The notes under the pieces are model-generated. The model saw only the letters and a program-made list of their open reading frames with translations, made no database searches and was not told where the DNA came from. The translations under genes were made by a program, and so were the position numbers. Below are positions 39,882 to 53,777 of a stretch of 64,000 nt of DNA, in pieces. The first letter of the stretch is position 1; each line of letters starts with the position of its first letter. The DNA comes from Eledone cirrhosa (taxonomy: Eukaryota). The stretch is taken from the NCBI GenBank assembly GCA_964016885.1, contig OZ024754.1:992001-1056000 (forward strand), written 5' to 3'.

Positions 39882-41074
39882 TAGGTTATCAGTGAGCCGT
39901 TGTTTCTACCTTTAGGTTATCAGTGACTCATTGTTTCTACTTTTAAGTTATCAGTGAGTCATTGTTTCTACCTTTAAGTTATCAGTGAGTCATTGTTTCT
40001 ACTTTTAAGTTATCAGTGAGTCATTGTTTCTACTTTTAAGTTATCAGTGAGTCATTGTTTCTACCTTTAAGTTATCAGTGAGCCCTTGTTTCTACCTTTA
40101 GGTTATCAGTGAGTTAATGTTTCTACTTTTAAGTTATCAGTGAGTCATTGTTTCTACTTTTAAGTTATCAGTGAGTCATTGTTTCTACCTTTAAGTTATC
40201 AGTGAGCCGTTGTTTCTACCTTTAAGTTATCAGTGAGTCAATGGTTCTTATTTTTAAGTTATCAGTGGGCCGTTGTTTCTACCTTTACGTTATCAGTGAG
40301 TTAATGTTTCTACCTTTAAGTTATCAGTGAGTTAATGTTTCTACCTTTAAGTTATCAGTGAGTTAATGTTTCTACCTTTAAGTTACCAGTGAGTCAATGG
40401 TTCTACCTTTAAGTTATCAGTGAGTTAATGTTTCTACCTTTAAGTTATCAGTGAGTTAATGGTTCTACCTTTACGTTATCAGTGAGCCGTTGTTTCTACC
40501 TTTAGGTTATCAGTGAGTCATTGTTTCTACTTTTAAGTTATCAGTGAGTCATTGTTTCTACCTTTAAGTTATCAGTGAGTCAATGGTTCTACCTTTAAGT
40601 TATCAGTGAGTCATTGTTTCTACTTTTAAGTTATCAGTGTGTCATTGTTTCTACATTTAAGTTATCAGTGAGTCAATGGTTCTACCTTTAAGTTATCAGT
40701 GAGTTATTGTTTCTACTTTTAAGTTATCAGTGAGTCATTGTTTCTACTTTTAAGTTATCAGTGAGTCATTGTTTCTACCTTTAAGTTATCAGTGAGTCAA
40801 TGGTTCTACCTTTAAGTTATCAGTGAGCCGTTGTTTCTACCTTTAAGTTATCAGTGAGTCAATGGTTCTACCTTTAAGTTATCAGTGAGCCGTTGTTTCT
40901 ACCTTTAAGTTATCAGTGAGTTAATGGGTCTACCTTTACGTTATCAGCGAGTCAATGGGTCTACCTTTAAGTTACCAGTAAGTCAATGGGTCTACCTTTA
41001 CGTTATCAGCGAGTTAATGGTTCTACCTTTAAGTTACCAGTAAGTCAATGGTGCTACCTTTACGTTATCAATGA
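39881..41074. repeat. 31-bp minisatellite, about 38 copies
   Basis: Unit ttatcagtgagtcattgtttctacctttaag; units become more diverged toward the right end. Confidence 0.95.
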
Positions 41075-41814
41075 ACCAAAACATATTGGAGCCAAGGAGG
41101 AGCTTCTATGCCGTAAGTAGGAAATCCTCTAATTCCTCAGTATTCAAAATTATAATCTCTGTCATCAATTCATTCACTCAACTTATTATAAATAGCATCC
41201 AAATTTCTTTACCATATTTTTAATGAAAAACATTGGCTATGATTTTCAAATAATTTTGAAAGTAAGCAGACATAGGCAGAGATTTAATAAAACATAACTA
41301 GATTTCTCATTTCCAAACTATTATTTAGAACATGACATGACAAAGTTTCCTACTTAAAATTATTATTATTTTGTTTTGTTTTGCATAAATATATATATTC
41401 TAAAACAAACAGTTTTGCATCGTACTGCTAAAGGGTGTTTTAAGCGGTTTGGTATCAAAAGAGTTAAACTACATTCTTGTGTTTAACAACACATTGTTGG
41501 ACTCAATTGTCTCAAAATAAAATGGGATATTTCTAACTGGAATACCTTTGATTATAGGTCTGTTTTACCACAGCTGACCGTGTGTTGTGATGATGGTGGT
41601 GGCGGTAGGCTTATAAATAATAACAACAACGAAAGCAGTAATGATATACATGTCCTTTGTAATAAGACAGATGTAAGCGAATAATATTTTTTTTCTTTCT
41701 GAATCATATAAAAGTACTACTGAAGCATGTACTATAAACATACACACACACAAACACAAACACATACACATACACACACGCATACAGACGCATACGCAGG
41801 CACACACACACACA

Positions 41815-41902
<88 letters not shown>

Positions 41903-42487
41903 GTTAATAATAGAGAAATACTATGATACTTTTATTAATTGTATATTTGATGTGAACAGAATATTGCTTTCGCAGATGAGACTGCAACTTCATTTCAATG
42001 TAGAGTTTCTAAACATGATTTATTGTATTTTCTTTTTAATATATGAGGAATCCAAAATGTTACAATCATTTCTGACTTCTTTGTGGAAGCTTACAAACCT
42101 ATTATCAAAAATATGCAATGGATTCTCCGTCAGTTTCGGCGACGAGCATACAGTTGTTGGAGCAACTGAACGTCCAACTCGTAAATAGAAAAGAAATGGC
42201 TCCATTTGTTTCGAACAGCCTGCATGAACCCTTAATGAAATTCCCAATCCGATTCAGCTTGGTAAAATATGTGACGAGGCTGGCAGATACAGTCCATCTG
42301 ACAGACTTCCGTGTAGTTTACCTCAACCTAATTTCACTCAAAAGCTTTGAGTCAACCCAAGGATATGGTTAAGACACTTGTCCAAGATGATACGTTGTAG
42401 CATCAAAACTTATTTATTTAACGACTATGTGATGATCCTGCAAGAGTGCAGGTGAAACTCCAGAGGAACAAGGCTCACCATTTAGCC

Positions 42488-42539
<52 letters not shown>

Positions 42540-42802
42540 AGTAAACGGTTCAGTAAGTCCGGTTATTTTCGTGTTATGCTCGGGATACGTGCGCCCGTTA
42601 GATTCTACGCCCATGATTGGTTATTCTATAGGCTTGTTTGTGTCTGGCTGGTTCATCTTCAGATTTGATGTGATTTTTGTTGCGTTAACGCTGGTCTGAG
42701 GATCAGGCAGACTTGGAGTCTGAACTGGAATGATGACCCCAGATCACGAGTCGGCTGCCTGGGTTAAGCAATAAATCTTATATGTAACATCTCTACTTTG
42801 TT

Positions 42803-42891
<89 letters not shown>

Positions 42892-42989
42892 CTGAGTATA
42901 TAGAAAAAAATACTGAAAATAAAATTAATTATAATCATAGTAATCATAATAAAAATGAATATAAAAACAACTTGATGAATAAATCGGGG

Positions 42990-43760
42990 AAAAATAAGAA
43001 CTAGATCTATAATTTGGTATGCTCCGCCAGCATCTTTAGCTATTAAAACACCTGTAGCACATTTATTTTTTAAAGCTTTGGATAAATGCTTCCCTAGGTC
43101 ACATAAATATTACTCTATCTTCAATAGACACACAGTTAAACTTTCTTATTCAACAACTATGAATATTGCTCAAAATATAGCAAAAATAAATAGTAAAAAT
43201 CTTAATTTGAACCAACCTATAATTAGTAATAATAACAATAATAATAACAATGCATTAATGGGAATAACAATAATAATAGTTTAAACACGAATAATAGTAG
43301 AACACCTTTAAATAATAATGGGAATAGTTTAAGGTCTGTAAATAACATTGAGAAGAAATGTAATTGTAGAAAGAAGTCCGAATGTCTTTTACAAAATAAT
43401 TGCCTTGACAAGAATCTAGTATATAAATGTACCATTAAGACAAATAATAATATATATAACTACATTGGTGCCACTTCATCTAAATTTAAGGAACGTTGGT
43501 ATAATCATAGACACTCTTTCAGTAAACCAGATAAAAAAATTTCAACTTCACTTTCACAATTAGTATGGTCTATAAAGGACAATAATATTAAATATTCCAT
43601 CTCTTGGACAAAATTAAAGAATGCTAATTCCTATCAGAACTCAACTATTTCGTAAAATTACAATCTTTATAACCTTGAGACTCTACAGATAATTACAAAT
43701 TATGACAATTTAATCAACAAAACTTTCCAGGCAATGTACAAGTTTCGAAAAAATATTGAC
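42990..43760 (+). mobile_element. AT-rich Naiad-type PLE 3' ORF fragment (GIY-YIG)
   Basis: WYAPPAS...FPRSHKYYSIFNRHTVKLSYSTT, CNCRKKSECLL, YIGATSSKFKERWYNH. Confidence 0.8.
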
Positions 43761-44960
43761 AATTAATAATTTAAATATATATATAAGTTTTGCCTTATTG
43801 AGATAATAATTTATTGATATTTATATGTATTAGAATAATTTCATTAAGAGTCTCGTTATCCTATGTTTTGATTAGGACAGTTCAATATTTAACTAGACAA
43901 TAGATGATTTATGGTTTTGAAATATCGCTGGACGTGAGAGTGGTTATAAGTTTTAAATGTTTGTATATGGTGAATGAGTTATCTTCCTTTTGTTTACATT
44001 GTCCGTAAAAATTTATTTTCTTTTTGACTAGTTATCTTCCTTTTGTTTACATTGTCCGTAAAAGTTTATTTTCTTTTTGACTAGCTTGCTAAATTATATT
44101 AGATATGAAATAAGTAGATTAATAATATAAGACTATCATTAAGAAGAAACTATATATCAAAATAAGTAAATACAGAAGTAAATATAACCTTTCATTAAAT
44201 TAATGAAATAAAACTTTTGAGAGTAAATATAACTGAAGTTTTATCCTAGGAATTAAATGAGAATTAAAGAATAGTAAAGATTTTATAAAGAGAATATCCT
44301 AATTAAATAAAATAATTTGGGTAATAAATGATTTAAATATATTATATGTATTGAGGGTGATATATGCATGGTATTATATTTTAATACATATATAATAATT
44401 ATTTAAATACGCTTTAAAGATTAATTCTTTTAAAGTTGTAACAAAATATTTATAGAATACCTTACCTTAAAGTTAAAAATAATAATCTATAATGAGTTAA
44501 ATTAAATTATATAAATTCTTAATTAAACTAAATATGTGATTGCTATAGAAAGTAATCTATACTGATTAATTTTGATATAATATATAAGTATAATTAGCTA
44601 AAGCATAATCAAATACAAGAGATATTCAATTGTTTATGTGAATTAGATGTCCTATTTGATCTAACATTTGAAAACAACGGTTTCTTTCTCTATCCCCCTC
44701 TATTTGATGTTCCCTTATTTTTTTTTTTTTTTTTTTACCCCCTTCGTTCCCTTTACTTTCTCCACACCTTCCCTCTCTTTTATCGTTATTCCTCTTTTCT
44801 TTTTTTATATATTTCTTTTATTCATTCATCCATTTATTTTTTTTTTATTCATTTATCTATTCATTCATCCATCTATTTATTTTTTCTGCCTTTTCTCTCC
44901 TTTACACCCTCTCTTATATCTCTAATTTGCTCTACGTCCTTTTCTTATTATTTCGTCCTT

Positions 44961-46474
44961 ATCCTAAACGGACGGTAGTCCGTTTAGTAATATTGTTGTG
45001 GTCGAGTTTTCGTTGGCAATCGTCTGTTTACGACAGTACAGCGCGGCTCTACTTTATTTAACTGAGATAAAACTTATATGAGCATGAACAGTAGATCATT
45101 ACGCATCTTTTGGCTTAAAAATCTAGAAATTTGGTCCAGCGGGAAAAAGTTTATAATCAAAGTTTGCTGATAAATCTTGTGTTCAAGTGAGTAAGTAGTA
45201 AGCGTGACGCTAGGGGAGGTAATCCAGAAATGACGTAGCTTTGTCATTAAGCCAGTTGCCTCAACTAGATTGCAATTATACTCAAAAGAACTTTAAAATG
45301 TCAATCACTTGTCAGTAATTCACTATGATCATTTAATTATTAGATAGTTGTTGCTTGCATTGCCTTAAAAAATAGTAGACCAGATAGAAAAATGCGTACA
45401 GCAAAAAAAAGTAATATTGTTGGAATATAAACCTTTAAAAATACAGGACAAGAAACTAAAATAAAACTTTAAAAGAATAGGACAAGAAACTAAGATAAAA
45501 CTTTAAAAGAATAGGACAAGAAACTAAGATAAAACTTTAAAGAATTGGACAAGAAATAAAAAATTTTACAATAATATTAGTGGCAAAATTTTTTTATTCG
45601 TTTCCTGTGCTATGCCCCAGTATCTTCTTGATTAGTGCATAATAATTGTCATGTTCTCATTGTGCGTTGCCCCTGAGCAGTTGGTTCTGGTTGGGGTTGG
45701 TTGGCTGAGCAGTTCTGCTCCGTCAGAATGACCATTGCAAGAAGAATTGGCCGATGCAGCTGCAGGTCTCCTCCAAGAATGCACTTCTGGTCCCGCAACA
45801 CCAGACGAAGATGGAGAAGACGACCGGGACAAGATGTCGACTCTGACCACCGACTACGGCACCTCCCTCAACCACCAGTCCTCCCTCCCTCTGTCCCGTC
45901 ATCCCTCCAGTCCTCCTGCTCCCCCTTCCTGTACCAGAAAGCTGTGGCACGCATTCATCTGGACTGCCGGACTTGAACTCAAGGACAAGATGCAAGGAGA
46001 AGATGGACGGGTTGGTCAAGATCAAGGATGAGCGGGACGACAAGACCGTCCGCTGCTGCTCAAGATCTGTGCTCATGGGCCCATGGGTCCATTCACATTA
46101 TGCATGACACATGAGGCGTGTCGCCGAATGATGAAATAGGGGTATGGTTATGGCCAAATTGGTGTTCAAACCAGGATCAAATGATCGCCCCGGTCTGACG
46201 ACGACCTCTGAATGTGGAACCCAGAGCCTATGAATGTGGAACTCGATTTTTTACCAATAAAAATTTTGCCACTAACATTATTGTAAATTTTTTTATTTCT
46301 TGTCCAATTCTTTAAAGTTTTATCTTAGTTTCTTGTCCTATTCTTTTAAAGTTTTATCTTAGTTTCTTGTCCTATTCTTTAAAAGTTTTATTTTAGTTTC
46401 TTGTCCTGTATTTTTAAAGGTTTATATTCCAACAATATTACTTTTTTTTTGCTGTACGCATTTTTCTATCTGGT
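44961..46474. mobile_element. 1.5-kb composite unit, copy 2 (TIR part 45379-46474)
   Basis: Same orientation as and near-identical to 25765-27277; offset 19196. Confidence 0.85.
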
Positions 46475-46826
46475 CATATTATTTGTGGTATATAAACGTT
46501 GAGATTTGATGAAATAAATCACTGCCAATACTGGAATTGAATAATGGAGACCGTAGCGGTATGTCATATATCAAATCAAATATTTTGTCTGACGAGGACG
46601 TACTGAAAAAACAACACTCTACCTTTGAAAAATATATAATAAAGTATATATTTTGATTATGAGAATATTTTTCATTTGTTAATATTTTGAATAATATTAA
46701 AAACTCCAGGAAAACTTTCCTCTGTTGAGTGCTTCTAATCTATTGTAAAATTGTATTCATTGAGTAATTTTGTTTCCTTTGCTTTTCCTTCGGAATTACC
46801 TAACACACACACACCCACGCACGCGC

Positions 46827-46956
<130 letters not shown>

Positions 46957-47774
46957 TTATTTCACCAGTAATATGTCACGAAAAAGAAGATAGATATTAG
47001 ATATTCAATTAGTTTAGTTTTCTGATCAGATTTTCATTTTCCCATTTAACGTTAGAGGAAAGATAGAGTCTGTATGTAGTGGTCGTTTGATCTGTTAGTA
47101 CTTGAGTTGATAACCAGCCTAGGTGCTCTGGTAATGTAAATAAACATTTATTACATTATCATCAAGTATCAACAAACCTAACTGAAAGCGGAACGCTCTT
47201 TTTATTGGTATGTGCATTAGACAACTCACTGTTACTCACACATACAGAGACAGACACAAACACACGCATATACACACAGACACACAGACACACAGACACA
47301 CACAAACACACTCACACATACACAGGCACGCGTGCGCTTAAACAACTAAGTTTATGATATTGAATTATGTTTTCTGTAATTGGGTATTTATTTATTTATT
47401 AAATGTTGACGGACGTTCTATTGACATAGATACAACGCGTTGCCGAATGGTTAAGGACTTCCCTTCACTACCATAAAGTTCTGTGTTCGGTTCCATTGCA
47501 CTGGCATCACGGGTAAATATATATTTAGGGTAAACGGAAAATGTTTGGAAGCTGGTAGGATGCAAAACATACAAATCAAATGGTCAGCTTTGTTACGTGG
47601 AATCTCCCTGAGAATTACATTAAGGGAACAAATGTTTGTGGCATACTCGGTTACTTCTTATTCTTGTCGTATGACACATGCAAAGTATCTAGAGAGGCAG
47701 GTTGAGATTAGCGAACCAGACCTTGGCGTCATTTTTAGCATTATGGATAGCCAGGAAAACGTCTGAAACGCCAG

Positions 47775-47935
47775 GAAAACGCCGGGAAAACGTCTGAGGA
47801 GGCAATCCCGAACAACATATGGTACTGTCTGGTCTAGTCAGGGTTCCTACAGCCAGGCTGTCTTTCATTTTCCATCGATGGAGATGATGGGCTGTCCTGG
47901 CATGTGTTGTGCGGATCTGATTAAGTGACACCCGT
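47775..47935 (-). mobile_element. LINE C-terminal relic (Ingi/Vingi-like)
   Basis: VSLNQIRTTHARTAHHLHRWKMKDS resembles LNR.RTG.GR....LH.W. Confidence 0.4.
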
Positions 47936-48349
47936 TGTTACTGACACGCTAATTTAACGAGTAGGTCGTTCTGTTGATCAATCAACCGGAAAAATCATTG
48001 TCGGAGCCGACAGAGAACCAATCATAATTTAGTGACGAGCACCAATACTTTTAGTAGTGAATGTGTGCAAAAATCTTATTTTGCGTAATGTCTTTTACTT
48101 GCGACAAAAATAAATGTTTTGAATGTCTAATTAATAAATGACTGTTATTTTATGTGATTATTTTTTTGTGAGCTCATTAATCTCTTGTGAAGAAATACAT
48201 TTCTTTTGTAAATTGCTTGCACAAAGTAGGTTCGCATCAATATACACATAGCTTACAAGGAACAGTGGATACTCCCAACACCTCTTCTAAATAATGCTAG
48301 AAATATCAGCCAAATCTCCCTCAAGTCACACCATTTTGACATCTTAAAT

Positions 48350-48543
48350 AATGGTTTCTGATTTAGGCACAAGGCCAGCAATTTTTGGGTAGGCGAACGT
48401 CGATTAAATCAATGCCAGCGTATTACTGGTACTTTATTTTGTCGACCCCGTATGGATTAAAGGCAAAGCTAACTTCGGCGGGATTTGAACTCAGAACGCA
48501 AAGGGCTGTAATTCTATGCCGCTGAGCTTGTTGCTCGACGCTA
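48350..48543 (-). mobile_element. SINE family 1
   Basis: Consensus match. Confidence 0.8.
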
Positions 48544-48957
48544 ATGATGATGATGATGATGATGATGAGGATAACGATGATGAAGATAATGATCATTGTC
48601 GTTTTCGTTGTCATTGTCGTCGTCATCGTTATAATCACCATCATCATCGGCATCAACAGTAGCAACAGCAGCAGCAGTAGTAGCAGCAACAACATAACAT
48701 TGGTTTACTATATTGAGACATGGTTACACATTTATATCGGAAATGACCGTATTGTTCCGAACTATTGACCTGTTACTTATAGAATGAAACCAAGAGGAAC
48801 AATAGCCAAAGTCAACACAAATGCGAGAAAAATAGTAGCCAAAGTTGATACACGTCTCATGTGAAATTCTGCTCTACTGCTCTACTGCTTCTTTCAAGGT
48901 TCTTTAATCAAGTAAGCTAAGTATAGATCGAATTTGTAGGAGCAACTGTATGTAACA

Positions 48958-48958
<1 letters not shown>

Positions 48959-48988
<30 letters not shown>

Positions 48989-49270
48989 CTTCTTCTTCTT
49001 CTTCTTCTTCTTCTTCTTCTTCTTCTTCTTCTTCTTCTTCTTCTTCTTCTTCTTCTTCTTCTTCTTCTTCTTCTTCTTCTTCTTCTTCTTCTTCTTCTTC
49101 TTTAGAAGATCACACAAGCAGAGTCCCCAAACACTCCTTCCAGTGGGTCCTGTCAGAAGCAACAGTCTCCAATTGATCCGGCTGGAACCCCAAGCGAGAT
49201 CAGCGAAGCTCATGGATGTTATCCAACCATCTTACTAGGCGTCTGCCCATGGGTCTCCTACCGGTTGATC
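48959..49270 (-). mobile_element. LINE 3' end with a long (GAA)n tail
   Basis: Minus strand RRPMGRRLVRWLDNI (RTE-like), followed by about 140 bp of (GAA)n. Confidence 0.5.
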
Positions 49271-49417
49271 GAAATCAGAGGTCAGTGATCGATTTGCACG
49301 GCCTAACGCGAAGAGATCGATAACTTGGAGCCTAACTGTATGTATGTATGTATGTATGTATGTATGTATGTATGTATGTATGTATGTATGTATGTATGTA
49401 TGTATGTATGTATGTAT

Positions 49418-50503
49418 GTTTCCATCAGATGTGCGTTTCCATCAGATGTGTCTCAGACGGATCCATGGCGTTCACTGGAGGGACCACATCAGTGATGTCG
49501 AGATTTTGGAAAACTCTATGTGTGACAGTATAGAAGCTCTTGTGCTTAAGCAACGACTCCGTTGGAGTGGTCACCTTGCCAGGATGAAGGATTCTAGAAT
49601 ACCAAAACAACTCTTTTATGGAGAGTTGGTTAAAGGAAAACGACCGCCACATAAACCAAAAAAGAGGTATAAGGATTCCTTGAAAGCCTCTCTGAAAGAC
49701 GCTAACATCTCTGCTGATACATGGGAGAATATTGCTGCTGATCGTAATAAATGGAGAAAGACTGTATATGAGGGAAAAGTTGCCTTTGAGGCATCTCGAA
49801 TCGCATACGAGAAAATAAAGCGGGATGTGAGGAAGGGCATTGCTGTTACACTTCCAGACGGCGAGGGTCCTCCTATGGTGCTGACATGCAGCGTATGTGC
49901 GAGACTCTGCCTAAGCAAAGCTGGACTCGAAAGTCATCTTCGCAGTCATAAAGTAAGACCAGTGGTTGACTACCAGGCTGCTGTTGGAGATGCTACTCAT
50001 CATGCTTGCCAAACATGTGGTAGAGAATGTAAATCAGTAGGAGGGCTCAAGCGACATGCAAAAGTACACGAACTCCAACCACAGCCGACTATTCCCAGTG
50101 AATGTTTTGGTTGCCGACTCTGTGCAAGACATTTTAGATCATTGGCTGGGCTAAAAAGCCACATTCGATCGCAGCGCTGTTAGTTGCTATCGTGTGTGTG
50201 TGTGTAGATATGCTTATGTGTGTGTGTGTGTAGATATGCTTATGTGTGTGCGTGTGTGTGTATATATATATGTATATGTATATTATTATTGTTGTTGTCG
50301 TTATTATTATTATTATTATTATTATTGTTATTAATGTATGTGTGTGTGTATGCGTGTGTGTGTGTGTGTATATGTGTATGTGTGTGTGTATGTGTATATA
50401 TATATATATATTTTTTTTTATTTATTTATTTATTATTATTATTATTATTTTTTTTTTTTCTCCTCGTGCAATGGCCATACTCGATAACGAGGGGGCAGCC
50501 ATC
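49418..50503 (+). mobile_element. 5'-truncated RTE-BovB-like LINE with intact 3' ORF (to 50183), microsatellite-bearing 3' UTR and (ATGT)n tail
   Basis: FHQMCLRRIHGVHWRDHIS...RLRWSGHLARM...three C2H2 fingers; (TATG)n on both sides. Confidence 0.92.
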
Positions 50504-50582
50504 ATGTATGTATGTATGTATGTATGTATGTATGTATGTATGTATGTATGTATGTATGTATGTATGTACGTATGTATGTATC

Positions 50583-51021
50583 TTAAGAGTCAATGGCCAT
50601 CCAAAATCACCGGGAGAGATGACCTCTTAGCCTTTGTCAAGGCAGAATTCTAGGAGAAGGAAAACTCTGATATAACACCTGCAACCCTGATGGTATGCAA
50701 TGATGTTGACTTGTTCTTCTTTTTGGTAAATATCATCTTGGTTAAGAGAGTGGGACTGGCTTTGTGCAGTGCCTTTGCTCACTATAAAAGCTTCACGGCA
50801 CAGGCATTGCTTTGTATCTGGAGATCTCTCTGCACTTGTCGTCACATGGTACCATAGACCCAGCACTATGTGTCAATAATGGTCACAGGTGTAGTGTTTG
50901 TACCAGAGTTTTCAAGTCGCTGGCTGGACTAAAAAGTCACACTCGTTCAGCGCATCGGTAGGGGTTCTCCTACATGGATATAAAGTAGTGGCCGTACTCG
51001 AAAACGAGTTGGCAGCCACCA
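50583..51021 (+). mobile_element. Non-autonomous bipartite RTE-derived element
   Basis: 5' part has ctaggagaaggaaaactctga, which I recall from RTE 5' UTRs; the 3' end is RTE-like with an (ATGT)n tail. Confidence 0.65.
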
Positions 51022-51084
51022 TGTATGTACGTATGTATGTATGTATCTATGTATGTATCTATGTATGTATCTATGTATGTATGT

Positions 51085-51275
51085 CGGGTCACTCTTGAGT
51101 GCTACTGGTAACACGAACCAAGTACAACCTGTCGCATGGTCGGGTCGTCGGCGTCTAAACCGGCAGCCCCACCAAGTTTACTTGGTGAGGAGGGTGATTT
51201 TGGACACCCTGCAGGACAAAAAACAAAACCTGACAAAGGGCGGAAGAACTCATAAGGGTCAACGGCCATCCAAAA
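51085..51275 (+). mobile_element. Upstream part of the same non-autonomous family
   Basis: Ends taagggtcaacggccatccaaaa, overlapping the start of the 50583 copy (taagagtcaatggccatccaaaa). Confidence 0.6.
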
Positions 51276-51369
51276 GTGTGTAAATATGTATATACACATG
51301 TACATATGTATGTATATGTATATGTGTGTATACATGGGTGCATGTATATGCGCGAGGACATAGAAATAG

Positions 51370-51682
51370 TCGGGCTGGACACCTGATCGCGCGGTTAAAC
51401 CACTGGGAGTGAAGGAACCCTAGCCTTTGTCATGGCATTCTTCTAGGAGAAGGCAAATCAGGAAGCTGGGATAAGCGGCTCAGTAGTTACCGATGATGAT
51501 GGTCTTTTCTTATTTTCGTGTTATAGCTACTGTCGCTCAGAGAGTGGGATTGGCTCAGTGCATTCTTTTCTCACTATAAAAAATATCTTCACGCACAGGC
51601 ATTGCACGATAGAATTAATTAATAATTATTAATAATGGTATATCGTGCAATGGTCATACTCGATAACGAGGGGGCAGCCATC
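51370..51682 (+). mobile_element. Related RTE-derived short element
   Basis: cctagcctttgtcatggc...ctaggagaagg, gagagtgggattggct...cactataaaa, and an RTE 3' end without the microsatellite insert. Confidence 0.6.
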
Positions 51683-51718
51683 ATGTATGTATATATGTTT
51701 GTATGTATGCTTTGTATG

Positions 51719-52102
<384 letters not shown>

Positions 52103-52936
52103 CATATATGTATGTATATTTCTATGTATGTATGCATATATGTATGTATATATGTTTGTTTGTATGTACGTGTACACACACACGTGTGTTTGTTTATATG
52201 TTCAGAGATACGGAGTACAGTGTAATTGCGTGTGCGGCGAGCAACCGAGTTAGAGAGATTGATAGAGAAAAAGATAGACACATAGGTAGATAGTGAGAGA
52301 GAGTTAACGGTTATCGGATATTGAAAGGAGAAACCCTACTCTTCCTCTGTGCCCCCTCTTCCTCCTCCTCCTCCTCCTCCTCCTCCTCCTCCTCCTCCTC
52401 CTCCTCCTCCTCCCCTCCTCCTCGGTTGCTAGCATAGCTATACGATAGCAATCTAGATGTCTGTAGTTGCTTGTAAATAACTGTGACAACGTTGCTTCCT
52501 CGCCAAGTCAGCTTTGACAACTTTACATCTCATATAATTACACCGTAATGGGAAATTCAAGCTATTTCGCTAGGATAACAGCACAATATATACTATTGTA
52601 AAAAAAAAACCCCAAACAACAAAAAAAAAAAAAAAAAAAAAAAAAAACAACAACAACACCAAGCAAACATAGGTAAGTCCTCTACTAATCATAGCAATTA
52701 CATTAAATACAACTTTATATATATATATATATTATGTGTGAATGAAGTAATTCCATCGGAAAAGTCCAGGAAAAAAGAGTGCTCTATGTAAGCAACAGAG
52801 CTTATTATATATATATATAAAGTTGTATTTATATATATATATATATATATATAAAGTTGTATTTTAATCTACATAGGTTTGGTCGCATTATTAAATGGTC
52901 ATGTGTTTCAAAATTATAGACATTTTTCAATACACC

Positions 52937-53430
<494 letters not shown>

Positions 53431-53734
53431 TAACTAATAAGCTCTGTAACCTACATAGAGCACTCTTTTTTCCTGGATCTTTCCGACGGAATTACTTCAT
53501 TCACACACATATATATATATATTGAGTTATAAACTCGAAATAGTCTTTTACAATTAAATAGCTCAAAGGAAGGTAATATTTCCGAGCCGTGTAATACAAT
53601 GAATATATGAGAAGGGATGAACACTGATACAAGTATACATGTGTTCGAATTGCATATATTGTATTTGTATATATATATATATATTTGTATATATATATAT
53701 TTATGCAATTGAAGAAAGTTGGTTGATTGAAAAC

Positions 53735-53775
<41 letters not shown>

Positions 53776-53777
<2 letters not shown>

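Noticed and set aside
39886-39950. Hammerhead in the minisatellite minus strand (ctgataa...gaaac)
   Set aside because: G8 and U16.1 are absent and no stem I can form.
39881-41074. CRISPR array
   Set aside because: Units are contiguous with no unique spacers, there are no cas genes, and the context is eukaryotic.
41930-42372. Possible host exon
   Set aside because: No recognisable domain or convincing splice sites; the ORFs are short or start in (CA)n.
42545-42775. Hammerheads starting at ctgagga (plus) or ctgaaga (minus)
   Set aside because: There is no correctly placed GAAA/UH half.
43978-44084. 53-bp tandem duplication
   Set aside because: An ordinary local duplication with no further structure.
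49344-49417. Met start of the 279-aa ORF
   Set aside because: The N-terminus is (TATG)n; the RTE copy is 5'-truncated.
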